A DNA stretch of 64,000 bases from Eledone cirrhosa (taxonomy: Eukaryota). Each line of letters opens with the position of its first letter. Within the stretch, counting starts at the first letter, position 1. The stretch covers positions 19,096,001 through 19,160,000 of the forward strand of contig OZ024744.1 of assembly GCA_964016885.1 (NCBI GenBank). The letters are read 5' to 3'. The translations under genes and the position numbers were made by a program. Of this stretch, positions 1 to 13,105 are shown in pieces. The notes beneath the pieces are model-generated. The model was given only the letters and a program-made list of their open reading frames with translations, searched no databases and was not told the DNA's origin.

Positions 1-729
1 TGTATGTCACCCATATATGTGTGTATGGCTGTATCACTGTGTATGTCACTGTATGTTTCTGTATGTCTGTGTCACTATGTATGTCGCTGTATGTTTGTGT
101 ATGTCTGTGTCACTGTGTATGTCACTCTGTGTTTCTCTATGTCTGTGTCACTGTGTATGTCACTGTATCTTTGTGTATGTCTGTGTCACCGTGTATGTCA
201 CTGTATATTTGTGTGTGTCTTTGTCACTGTCTATGTCACTGTTTTTTTCTGTGTCTGTTTCACTGTGTATGTCACTGTGTGTTTCTGTATGTCTGTGTCG
301 CTGTGTATGTCACTGTATGTTTGTATGTGTCTGTGTCACTGTGTATGTCACTGTGTTTTTGCGTGTGTATGTGTCACTGTGTATGTCACTGTGTGTTTGT
401 GTATGTATGTGTCACTGTGTATGTCACTGTGTGTTTCTGTATGTCCGTGTCACTGTGTATGTCACTGTCTGTTTCTGTATCTCTGTTTCATTCTGTATGG
501 CACTTTATGTTTTTATATGTCTGTGTCACTGCGTATGTCACTGTATCTTTGTTTATCTCTGTGTCACTGTGTATGTCACTGTATGTTTCTGTATGTCTGT
601 GTCACTGTGTATGACACTGCGTGTTTCTGTATGTCTGTGTCACTGTGTATGTCACTGGGTGTTTCTCTATGTCTGTGTCACTTTGTATGTCACTGTATCT
701 TTGTGTATGTATGTGTCACCCTGTATGTC

Positions 730-3700
730 ACTGTATCTTTGTGTATGTCTGTGTCACTGTGTATGTCTGTGTATCTTTGTGTATGTCTGTGTCACCGGGT
801 ATGTCACTGTATCTTTGTGTATGTCTGTGTCACTGTGTAAGTCATTGTATCTATGTGTATGTATGTGGCACTCTGTATGTCATTGTGTGTTTTTATATGT
901 CTGTGTCACTGTCTATGTCACTGTATCTTTGTGTATGTCTGTGTCACTGTGTATGTCACTGTGTGTTTCTATATGTCTGTGTCTCTGTGTATGTCACTGT
1001 ATCTCTGTGTATGTCTGTGTCACTGTGTATGTCACTGTGTCTTTGTGTATGCCTGTGTCACTGTGTATTTCACTGTGTGTTTCTGTATGTCTGTGTCACT
1101 GTATATGTCACTGTATGTCTATGTATGTCTGTGTCAGTGTGTATGTCACTGGGTGTTTATGTATGTCTGTGTCACTCTGTATGTCACTGTATCTTTGAGT
1201 ATGTCTATGTCACCGTGTATGTCACTGTATATTTGTGTATGTGTGTGTCACCATGTATGTAACTGTATCTTTGTGTATATCTGTGTCACTGTGTATGTCG
1301 CTGTGTGTTTCTGTATGTCTGTGTCACTGTGTATGTCCTGTGTGTTTCTGTAGGTCTGTTTCTCTGTGTATGTCACTGTATTTTGTGTATGTCTGTGTCA
1401 CCATGTATGTCACTGTATCTTTGTGTATGTCTGTGTCACTGTGTATGTCACTCTGTGTTTCGTGTATGTCTGTGTCATTGTGTATTTCACTGTATGTTTC
1501 TGTATGTCTGTGTCACTGTGTATGTCACTGTGTGTTTCTGTATGTCTGTGTCACTGAGTATGTCACTGTGTGTTTCTGTATGTCTGTGTCTCTGTGTATG
1601 TCACTGTATCTTTGTGCATGTATGTGTCACTGTGTATGTCACTGTGTGTTTCTGTATGTCTGTGTCACTGTGTATATCACTGTGTGTTTCCGTATATCTG
1701 TATCTCTGTGTATGTCACTGTATCTTTGTGTATGTCTGGGTCACTGTGTATGTAACTGTATATTTGTGTATGTCTGTGTCACGGTGTATATCACTGTATG
1801 TTTGTGTATGTCTGTGTCACTGTGTATGTCACTGTGTGTTTCTGTATGTCTGTGTCACTGTGTATATCAATGTGTGTTTCTGTATCTCTGTGTCACGGTG
1901 TATGTCACTGCATGTTTGTGTATGTCTGTGTGACTGTGTATGTCACTGTGTGTTTCTGTATGGCTGTGTCACTGTGTATGTCACTGTATCTTTGTGTATG
2001 TCTGTGTCACTGTGTATGTCACAGTGTGTTTCTGTATGTCTTTGTCACTGCCTATGTCACTGTATGTTTCTGAATGTCTGTGTCGCTGTGTATGTCACTG
2101 TGTGTTTCTGTATGTCTGTGTCACGGTGTATGTCACTGTATGTTTGTGTGTGTCTTTGTCACTGTCTATGTCACTGTATGTTTCTGAATGTCTGTGTCAC
2201 TGTGTATGTCACTGTGTGTTTCTGAATGTCTGTGTCACTGTGTATGTCACTGTGTGTTTGTGTATGTATGTGTCACTGTATGTTTCTGTATGTCTGTGTC
2301 ACTGTGTATGTCATTGTATCTTTATGTATGTCTGTGTCACTGTGTATGTCACTGTATGTTTCTGTATGTTTGTGTCACTGTGTATGTCACTGTGTGTTTC
2401 TGTATGTCTGTGTCTCTGTGTATGTCACTGTATGTTTCTGTATGTCTGTTTCACTGTGTATGTCACTGTGTCTTTATGTATGTCTGTGTCACTCTGTATG
2501 TCACTGTATATTTCTGTATGTCTGTGTCATTGTGTATGTCACTGTATGTTTCTGTATGTCTGTGTCACTGTGTATGTCACTGTATGTTTCTGTATGTCTG
2601 TGTCACTGTGTATGTCACTGTATCTTTGTGTATGTCTCTGTCCCTGTGTATGTCACTGTATGTTTCTGTATGTTTGTGTCACTTTGTATGTCACTGTGTG
2701 TTTCTGTATGTCTGTGTCACTGTGTATGTCACTGTGTGTTTCTGTATGTTTGTGTCACTGTGTATGTCACTAAATGTTTGTGTGTGTCTGTGTCTCTGTG
2801 TATGTCACTGTTTGTTTGCGTGTGTCTGTGTCACTGTGTATGTCACTGTGTGTTTCTGTATGTCTGTGTGACTGTGTATGTCATTGTGTGTTTCTGTATG
2901 TCTGTGCCACTGTATGTTTCTCTATGTCTGTGTCACTGTGTATGTCACTGTGTGTTTCTGTATGTATGTGTCACCGTGTATGTCACTGTATCTTTGTGTA
3001 TGCCTGTGTCACTGTGTATGTCACTGTGTGTTTCTGTATGTTTGTGTCACTGTGTATGTCACTAAATGTTTGTGTGTATCTGTGTCTCTGTGTGTGTAAC
3101 TGTGTGTTTGCCTGTGTCTGTGTCACTGTGTATGTCACTGGGTGTGTTTCTGTATGTCTGTGTCACTGTGTATGTCACTGTATCTTTGTGTATGTCTGTG
3201 TCACCGTGTATGTCACTGTATCTTTGTGTATGTCTGTGTCACTGTGTAAGTCATTGTATCTTTGTGTATGTATGTGGCACTCTGTATGTCATTGTGTGTA
3301 TTTATATGTCTGTGTCACTGTCTATGTCACTGTATCTTTGTGTATGTCTGTGTCACTGTGTATGTCACTGTGTGTTTCTGTATGTCTGTGTCTCTGTGTA
3401 TGTCACTGTATCTCTGTGTATATCTGTGTCACTGTGTATGTCACTGTGTGTTTGTGTATGCCTGTGTCACTGTGTATTTCACTGTGTATTTCTGTATGTC
3501 TGTGTCACTGTGTATGTCACTGTATGTCTATGTATGTCTGTGTCAGTGTGTATGTCACTGGGTGTTTATATATGTCTGTGTCACTCTGTATGTCACTGTA
3601 TCTTTGAGTATGTCTATGTCACCGTGTATGTCACTGTATATTTGTGTATGTGTGTGTCACCATGTATGTAACTGTATCTTTGTTTATGTCTGTGTCACTG

Positions 3701-3980
3701 TGTATGTCGCTGTGTGTTTCTGTATGTCTGTGTCACTGTGTATGTCCTGTGTGTTTCTGTAGGTCTGTTTCTCTGTGTATGTCACTGTATCTTTGTGTAT
3801 GTCTGTGTCACCATGTATGTCAATGTATCTTTGTGTATGTCTGTGTCACTGTGTATGTCACTCTGTGTTTCGTGTATGTCTGTGTCACTGTGTATTTCAC
3901 TGTATGTTTCTGTATGTCTGTGTCACTGTGTATGTCACTGTGTGTTTCTGTATGTCTGTGTCACTGAGTATGTCACTGTG
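730..3980. repeat. Dispersed duplicated block of about 0.85 kb (about 730-1570 vs about 3140-3980, offset about 2409)
   Basis: Near-identical ORFs 853..1353 and 3262..3762, and ORF ends 1198/3607 and 1262/3671, are all offset by 2409. Rare variants taagtcattg, tttgagtatg, gtcctgtg, taggtctgtttc, tttcgtgt and cactgagta occur in the same order in both copies. Confidence 0.85.
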
Positions 3981-5267
3981 TGTTCCTGTATGTCTGTGTC
4001 ACTGTGTATGTCACTGTGTGTTTCTGTATGTCTGTGTCACTGTGTATGTCACTGTATGTTTCTCTATGTCTGTGTCACTGTGTATGTCACTGTGTGTTTC
4101 TGTATGTCTGTGTCACTGTGTATGTCACTGTATTTTTCTGTATGTCTGTGTCACTGTGTATGTCACTGTATCTTTCTGTATGGATGTGTCACTGTGTATG
4201 TCCCTGTATCTTTGTGTATGTCTGTGTCACCATGTATGTCACTGTATCTTTGTGTATGTATGTGTCACTGTGTAAGTCATTGTATCTTTGTGTATGTCTG
4301 TGGCACTCTGTATGTCATTGTGTGTTTCTATATGTCTGTGTCACTGTCTATGTCACTGTATCTTTGTGTATGTCTGTGTCACTGTGTATGTCACTGTGTG
4401 TTTCTGTATGTCTGTGTCTCTGTGTATGTCACTGTATCTCTGTGTATGTCTGTGTCACTGTGTATGTCACTGTGTGTTTGTGTATGCCTGTGTCACTGTG
4501 TATTTCACTGTTTGTTTCTGTATGTCTGTGTCACTGTGTATGTCACTGGGTGTTTCTGTATGTCTGTGTCACTCTGTATGTCACTGTATCTTTGTGTATG
4601 TCTCTGTCACCGTGTATGCCACTGTATCTTTGTGTATGTGTGTGTCACCATGTAGGTAACTTATCTTTGTGTATGTCTGTGTCACTGTGTATGTCGCTGT
4701 GTCTTTCTGTATGTCTGTGTATCTGTGTATGTCACTGTATCTTTGTGGATGTCTGTGTCACCGTGTATGTCACTGTATATTTGTGTATGTCTATGTCACT
4801 GTGTATGTCACTCTGTGTTTCTGAATGTCTGTGTAACTGTGTATGTCACTGTATCTTTGTGTATGTCTGTGTCGTGGTGTATGTCACTGTATCTTTGTGT
4901 ATGTCTGTGTCACAGTGTATGTCACTGTATGTTTCTGTATGTCTGTCACTGTGTATATCAATGTATGTTTATGTATGCCTGTGTCACTGTGTATATCAAT
5001 GTATGTTTCTGTATGTCTATGTCTCTGTGTATGTCACTGTATATTTGTGTATGACTGTATCACTGTGTATGTCAATGTATCTTTGTGTATGTCTGTGTCA
5101 CTGTGTATGTCACTGTGTGTTTGTGTGTGTCTGTGTCACTGTGTAAGTCACTGTATGTTTCTCTATGTCTGTGTCACTGTGTATGTCACTGTATGTTTCT
5201 GTATGTCTGTGTAACTGTGTATGTCACTGTATGTTTCTGTATGTCGGTGTCACTGTGTATGTCACTG

Positions 5268-5295
5268 TATTTTTGTGTATGTCTGTGTCACTGTG
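5268..5295 (-). other. Example of a 12-spacer RSS-like motif in the satellite: CACAGTG-ACACAGACATAC-ACAAAAATA
   Basis: The + strand reads tatttttgt(5268-5276) gtatgtctgtgt(12 bp) cactgtg(5289-5295). The heptamer matches 7/7 and the nonamer 7/9 to the consensus CACAGTG-N12-ACAAAAACC. This is sequence resemblance only; there is no adjacent V/D/J coding segment. Confidence 0.45.
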
Positions 5296-8200
5296 TATGT
5301 CACTGTATGTTTCTGTATGTCTGTGTCACTGTGTATGTTACTGTGTGTTTCTGTATGTGTGTGTCACTGTGTATGTCACAGGGTGTTTATGTATGTCTGT
5401 GTCACTGTGTATCTCGCTGTGTGTTTCTGTATGTCTGTGTATCTGTGTATGTCACTGTATCTTTGTGTATGGCTGTGTCACTGTGTGTTTGTGTATGCCT
5501 GTGTCACTGTGTATGTCACTGTGTGTTTCTGTATGTCTGTGTCACTGTGTATGTTACTGGGTGTTTCTCTATGTCTGTGTCACTTTGTATGTCACTGTAT
5601 CTTTGTGTATGTATGTGTCACTGTGTATGTCCCTGTATCTTTGAGTATGTCTATGTCACCGTGTATGTCACTGTATATTTGTGTATGTCTGTGTCACTGT
5701 GTATGTCGCTGTGTGTTTCTGTATGTCTGTGTATCTGTGTATGTCACTGTATCTTTGTGGATGTCTATGTCACTATGTATGTCAATGTGCGTTTCTGTAT
5801 GTCTGTCACTGTGTATGTCCTGTGTGTTTCTGTAGGTCTGTTTCTCTGTCTATGTCACTGTATCTTTGTGTATGTCCGTGTCACCATGTATGTCACTGTA
5901 TCTTTGTGTATATCTGTGTCACTGTGTATGTCACTCTGTGTTTCTGTATGTCTATGTCACTGTGTATGTCAATGTATGTTTCTGTATATCTGTGTCACTG
6001 TGTATGTCACTGTGTGTTTCTGTATGTCTGTGTCACTGAGTATGTCACTGTGTGTTCCTGTATGTCTGTGTCACTGTGTTTGTCACTGTATGTTTCTCTA
6101 TGTCTGTGTCACTGTGTATGTCACTGTATGTTTATGTATGTATGTGTCACTGTGTATGTCACTGTATTTTTCTGTATGTCTGTGTCACTGTGTATGTCAC
6201 TGTATCTTTCTGTATGGCTGTGTCACTGTGTATGACACTGTGTGTTTCTGTATGTATGTGTCACTGTGTATGTCACCCATATATGTGTGTATGGCTGTAT
6301 CACTGTGTATGTCACTGTATGTTTCTGTATGTCTGTGTCACTATGTATGTCGCTGTATGTTTGTGTATGTCTGTGTCACTGTGTATGTCACTCTGTGTTT
6401 CTCTATGTCTGTGTCACTGTGTATGTCACTGTATATTTGTGTATGTCTGTGTCACCGTGTATGTCACTGTATATTTGTGTGTGTCTGTGTCACTGTCTAT
6501 GTCACTGTATCTCTGTGTATGTCTGTGTCACTGTGTATGTCACTGTGTCTTTGTGTATGCCTGTGTCACTGTGTATTTCACTGTGTGTTTCTGTATGTCT
6601 GTGTCACTGTATATGTCACTGTATGTCTATGTATGTCTGTGTCAGTGTGTATGTCACTGGGTGTTTATGTATGTCTGTGTCACTCTGTATGTCACTGTAT
6701 CTTTGAGTATGTCTATGTCACCGTGTATGTCACTGTAAATTTCTGTATGTGTGTGTCACCATGTATGTAACTGTATCTTTGTGTATGTCTGTGTCACTGT
6801 GTATGTCGCTGTGTGTTTCTGTATGTCTGTGTCACTGTGTATGTCCTGTGTGTTTCTGTAGGTCTGTTTCTCTGTGTATGTCACTGTATTTTGTGTATGT
6901 CTGTGTCACCATATATGTCACTGTATCTTTGTGTATGTCTATGTCACTGTGTATGTCACTCTGTGTTTCGTGTATGTCTGTGTCACTGTGTATTTCATTG
7001 TATGTTTCTGTATGTCTGTGTCACTGTGTATGTCACTGTGTGTTTCTGTATGTCTGTGTCACTGAGTATGTCACTGTGTGTTCCTGTATGTCTGTGTCAC
7101 TGTGTATGTCACTGTGTGTTTCTGTATGTCTGTGTCACTGTGTATGTCACTGTATGTTTCTCTATGTCTGTGTCACTGTGTATGTCACTGTGTGTTTCTG
7201 TATGTCTGTGTATTTTTCTGTATGTCTGTGTCACTGTGTATGTCACAGTATCTTTCTGTATGGCTGTGTCACTGTGTATGACACTGTGTGTTTCTGTATG
7301 TCTGTGTCACTGTGTATGTCACCCATATATTTGTGTATGGCTGTATCACTGTGTATGTCACTGTATGTTTCTGTATGTCTGTGTCACTCTGTATGTCGCT
7401 GTATGTTTGTGTATGTCTGTGTCACTGTGTATGTCACTCTGTGTTTCTCTATGTCTGTGTCACTGTGTATGTCACTGTATCTTTGTGTATGTCTGTGTCA
7501 CCGTGTATGTCACTCTATATTTGTGTGTGTCTGTGTTACTGTCTATGTCACTGTTTTTTTTTCTGTATGTCTGTTTCACTGTGTATGTCACTGTGTGTTT
7601 CTGTATGTCTGTGTCACTGTGTATGTGACTGTATGTTTGTATGTGTCTGTGTCACTGTGTATGTCACTGTGTTTTTGCGTGTGTCTGTGTCACTGTGTAT
7701 GTCACTGTGTGTTTGTGTATGTATGTGTCACTGTGTATGTCACTGTGTGTTTCTGTATGTCTGTGTCACTGTGTATGTCACTGTGTGTTTCTGTATGTCT
7801 GTTTCATTCTGTATGGCACTTTATGTTTTTGTATGTCTGTGTCACTGCGTATGTTACTGTATCTTTGTTTATCTCTGTGTCACTGTGTATGTCACTGTAT
7901 GTTTCTGTATGTCTGTGTCACTGTGTATGTCACTCTATCTTTGTGTATGTCTGTGTCACCGTGTATGTCACTGTATCTTTGTGTATATCTGTGCCACTGT
8001 GTATGTCACTGTATGTTTCTGTTGTTTGTGTCACTTTGTATGTCACTGGGTATTTCTGTATGTCTGTATCAATGTGTGTTTCTGTATGTCTGTGTCACTG
8101 TGTAAGTCATTGTATCTTTGTGTATGTCTGTGGCACTATGTATGTCATTGTGTGTTTAATTATGTATGTGTCACTGTCTATGTCACTGTATCTTTGTGTA

Positions 8201-11069
8201 TGTATGTGTCACTGCGTATGTCACTGGGTGTTTCTGTATGTCTGTGTCACTGTGTATGTCACTGTATGTTTCTGTTGTTTGTGTCACTGTGTATGTCACT
8301 GTGTGTTTCTGTATGTCTGTGTCAAGGTGTATGTAACTGTATGTTTGTGTATGTCTGTGTCACTGTCTATGTCACTGTGAGATTCTGTATGTCTGAGGCA
8401 CTGTGCATGTCACAGTGTGTTTCTGTATGTCTGTGTCACTGTGTATGTCACTGTATATCTCTGTATGTCTGTGTCACTGTCTATGTCACTGTATCGTTGT
8501 GTATGTCTGTGTCACTGTGTATGTCACTGTGTGTTTCTCAATGTATGTGTCACTGTGTATGTCACTGTGTGTTTCTGTATGTCTGTGTCTCTGTGTATGT
8601 CACTGTCTCTTTGTGTATGTCTGTGTCACTGTGTATGTCACTGTGTGTTTCTGTATGTATGTGTCACTGTGTATGACACTGTATCTGTGTGTATGTCTGT
8701 GTCTCTGTGTATGTCACTGTGTGTTTCTGTATGTATATGTCACTGTGTATGTCACTGTATGGTTGTGTATGTCTGTGTCACTGTGTATGTAACTGTATAT
8801 TTGTGTATGCATGTGTCACTGTGTATGTCACTGTGTGTTTATGTATGTCTGTGTCACTGTGTATGTCGCTGGGTGTTTATGTGTGTCTGTGTCACTCTGT
8901 ATGTCACTGTATCTTTGTGTATGTCTGTGTCACCGTGTATGTCACTGTATATTTGTGTATTTTTGTGTCACTGTGTATGTCACTGTATCTTTGTGTATGT
9001 CGGTGTCACCGTGTATTTCACTGTATCTTTGTGTATCTCTGTGTCACTGTGTATGTCACTGTATCTTTGGGTATGTCTGTGTCACTGTGTATGTCACTGT
9101 GTGTTTCTGTATGTCTGTGTCAGGGTGTATGTCAATGTATGTTTATGTATGTCTGTGTCACTGTGTATGTCATTGTGAGTTTCTGTATGTCTGTGTCACT
9201 GTGAATGTCACGGTGTGTTTCTGTATGTATGTGTCACTGTGTGTGTCACTGTATCTTTGTGTATGTCTGTGTCACTGTGTATGTCACTGTGTGTTTCTGT
9301 ATGTCTGTGTCACTGTGTATGTCATTGTGTGTTTCTGTATGCCTGTGTCTCTGTGTATGTCACTGTATTTTTGTGTATGTCTGTGTCACGGTGTATGTCA
9401 CTGTATGTATGTGTATGTCTGTGTCACTCTTTATATCAATGTATGTTTCTGTATGTCTATGTCTCTGTGTATGTCACTGTATCTTTGTGTATGACTGTGT
9501 CACGGTGTATCTGACTGTATGTTTGTGTGTGTCTCTGTTACTGTTTATGTCACTGTATGTTTCTGTATGTCTGATCACTGTGTATGTCAATGTGTGTTTA
9601 TGTAAGTCTGTGTCACTGTGTATGTCACTGTATTTTTCTGTATGTCTGTGTCACTGTGTATATCACTGTATCCTTGTGTATGTCTGTGTTCCTGTGTATG
9701 TCACTGTGTGTTTGTGTATGTATGTGTCAATGTGTATGTCACTGTATGTTTGTGTATGTCTGTGTCACTGTGTATGTCACTGTATGTTTCTGTATGTCTG
9801 TGTCACTGGGTATGTCACTGTATGTTTGTGTAGTCCGTGTCACTGTGTATGTCACTGGGTGTTTCTATATGTTTGTGTCACTGTGTATGTCACTGTGTAT
9901 TTCTGTATGTCTGTATCACTTTGTATGTCACTGTGTGTTTCTGTATGTCTGTGTCACTGTGTAAGTCATTTTATCTTTGTGTATGTCTGTGGGACTCTGT
10001 ATGTCACTGTGTGTTTGTGTATGCCTGTGTCACTGTGTATGACACTGTGTGTTTCTGTATGTCTGTGTCACTGTGTATGTCACTGGGTGTTTCTCTATGT
10101 CTGTGTCACTTTGTATGTCACTTTATCTTTGTGTATGTCTGTGTCACTGTGTATGTCACTGTATCTTTGTGTATGTCTGTGTCACCGTGTATGTCACTGC
10201 ATCTTTGTGTATGTCTGTGTCACTGTGTAAGTCATTGTATCTTTGTGTATGTATGTGGCACTGTGTATGTCACTGTGTCTTTCTGTATGTCTATGTCTCT
10301 GTGTATGTCACTGTATCTCTGTGTATGTCACTGTGTGTTTGTGTATGCCTGTGTCACTGTGTATGTCACTGTATGTCTCTGTATGTCTGTGTCAGTATGT
10401 ATGTCACTGGGTGTTTATGTATGTCTGTGTCACTCTGTATGTCACTGTATCTTTGAGTATGTCTATGTCACCGTGTATGTCACTGTATTTTTGTGTATGT
10501 GTGTGTCACCATGTATGTAACTGTATCTTTGTGTATGTCTGTGTCACTGTGTATGTCGCTGTGTGTTTCTGTATGTCTGTGTCACTGTGTATGTCACTGT
10601 GTTTTTGCGTGTGTCTGTGTCACTGTGTATGTCACTGTGTGTTTGTGTATGTATGTGTCACTGTGTATGTCACTGTGTGTTTCTGTATGTCTGTGTCACT
10701 GTGTATGTCACTGTGTGTTTCTGTATGTCTGTTTCATTCTGTATGGCACTTTATGTTTTTGTATGTCTGTGTCACTGCGTATGTCACTGTATCTTTGTTT
10801 ATCTCTGTGTCACTGTGTATGTCACTGTATGATTCTGTATGTCTGTATCACTGTGTATGTCACTCTATCTTTGTGTATGTCTGTGTCACCGTGTATGTCA
10901 CTGTATCTTTGTGTATATCTGTGTCACTGTGTATGTCACTGTATGTTTCTGGTGTCTGTGTCACTTTGTATGTCACTGGGTATTTCTGTATGTCTGTATC
11001 ACTGTGTAAGTCATTGTATCTTTGTGTATGTCTGTGGCACTATGTATGTCATTGTGTGTTTAATTATGT

Positions 11070-13105
11070 CTGTGTCACTGTCTATGTCACTGTATCTTTG
11101 TGTATGTATGTGTCACTGCGTATGTCACTGGGTGTTTCTGTATGTTTGTGTCACTCTGTATATCACTGTATCTTTGTGTATGTCTGTGTCACCGTGTATG
11201 TCACTGTATCTTTGTGTATGTCTGTGTCACTGTGTATGTCACTGAGTGTTTCTGTATGTCTGTGTCACTGTGTATGTCACTGTATGTTTCTGTTGTTTGT
11301 GTCACTGTGTATGTCACTGTGTGTTTGTGTATGCCTGTGTCACTGTGTATGACACTGCGTGTTTCTGTATGTCTGTGTCACTGTGTATGTCACTGGGTGT
11401 TTCTCTATGTCTGTGTCACTTTGTATGTCACTGTATCTTTGTGTATGTATGTGTCACCGTGTATGTCACTGTATATTTGTGTATGTCTGTGTCACTGTGT
11501 ATGTCACTGTATCTTTGTGTATGTTTGTGTCACCGTGTATGTAACTGTATCTTTGTGTATGTCTGTGTCACTGTGTAAGTCATTGTATCTTTGTGTATGT
11601 ATGTGGCACTCTGTATGTCATTGTGTGTTTTTATATGTCTGTGTCACTGTCTATGTCACTGTATCTTTGTGTATGTCTGTGTCACTGTGTATGTCACTGT
11701 GTGTTTCTGTATGTCTGTGTCTCTGTGTATGTCACTGTATCTCTGTGTATGTCTGTGTCACCGTGTATGTCACTGTGTGTTTGTGTATGCCTGTGTCACT
11801 GTGTATTTCACTGTGTGTTTCTGTATGTCTGTGTCACTGTGTATGTCACTGTATGTCTCTGTATGTCTGTGTCAGTGTGTATGTCACTGGGTGTTTATGT
11901 ATGTCTGTGTCACTCTGTATGTCACTGTATATTTGAGTATGTCTATGTCACCGTGTATGTCACTGTATATTTGTGTATGTGTGTGTCACCATGTATGTAA
12001 CTGTATCTTTGTGTATGTCTGTGTCACTGTGTATTTCGCTGTGTGTTTATGTATGTCTGTGTATCTGTGTATGTCACTGTATCTTTGTGGATGTCTATGT
12101 CACTATGTATGTCACTGTGTGTTTCTGTATGTCTGTGTCACTGTGTATGTCCTGTGTGTTTCTGTAGGTCTGTGTCACCATGTATGTCACTGTATCTTTG
12201 TGTATGTTTGTGTCACTGTGTATGTCAGTCTGTGTTTCGTGTATGTCTGTGTCACTGTGTATTTCACTGTATGTTTCTGTATGTCTGTGTCACTGTGTAT
12301 GTCACTGTGTGTTTCTGTATGTCTGTGTCACTGTGTATGTCACTGTGTGTTTCTGTATGTCTGTGTCACTGTGTATGTCACTGTATGTTTCTCTATGTCT
12401 GTGTCACTGTGTATGTCACTGTGTGTTTCTGTATGTCGGTGTCACTGTGTATGTCACTGTATTTTTTTGTATGTCTGTGTCACTGTCTATGTCACTGTAT
12501 CTTTGTGTATGTATGTGTCACTGCGTATGTCACTGGGTGTTTCTGTATGTTTGTGTCACTCTGTATATCACTGTATCTTTGTGTATGTCTGTGTCACCGT
12601 GTATGTCACTGTATCTTTGTGTATGTCTGTGTCACTGTGTATGTCACTGAGTGTTTCTGTATGTCTGTGTCACTGTGTATGTCACTGTATGTTTCTGTTG
12701 TTTGTGTCACTGTGTATGTCACTGTGTGTTTGTGTATGCCTGTGTCACTGTGTATGACACTGCGTGTTTCTGTATGTCTGTGTCACTGTGTATGTCACTG
12801 GTTGTTTCTCTATGTCTGTGTCACTTTGTATGTCACTGTATCTTTGTGTATGTATGTGTCACCGTGTATGTCACTGTACCTTTGTGTATGTCTGTGTCAC
12901 TGTGTATGTCACTGTATCTTTGTGTATGTCTGTGTCAACGTGTATGTCACTGTATCTTTGTGTATGTCTGTGTCACTGTGTAAGTCATTGTATCTTTGTG
13001 TATGTATGTGGCACTATGTATGTCATTGTGTGTTTTTATATGTCTGTGTCACTGTCTATGTCACTGTATCTTTGTGTATGTCTGTGTCACTGTGTATGTC
13101 ACTGT
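11070..13105. repeat. Duplicated block of about 0.6 kb (about 11070-11700 vs about 12475-13105, offset 1405)
   Basis: ORF pairs 11246..11578/12651..12983 and 11359/12764 are offset by 1405. Both copies share the variants cactgagtgttt, ttctgttgtttg and atgacactgcgt. Confidence 0.85.
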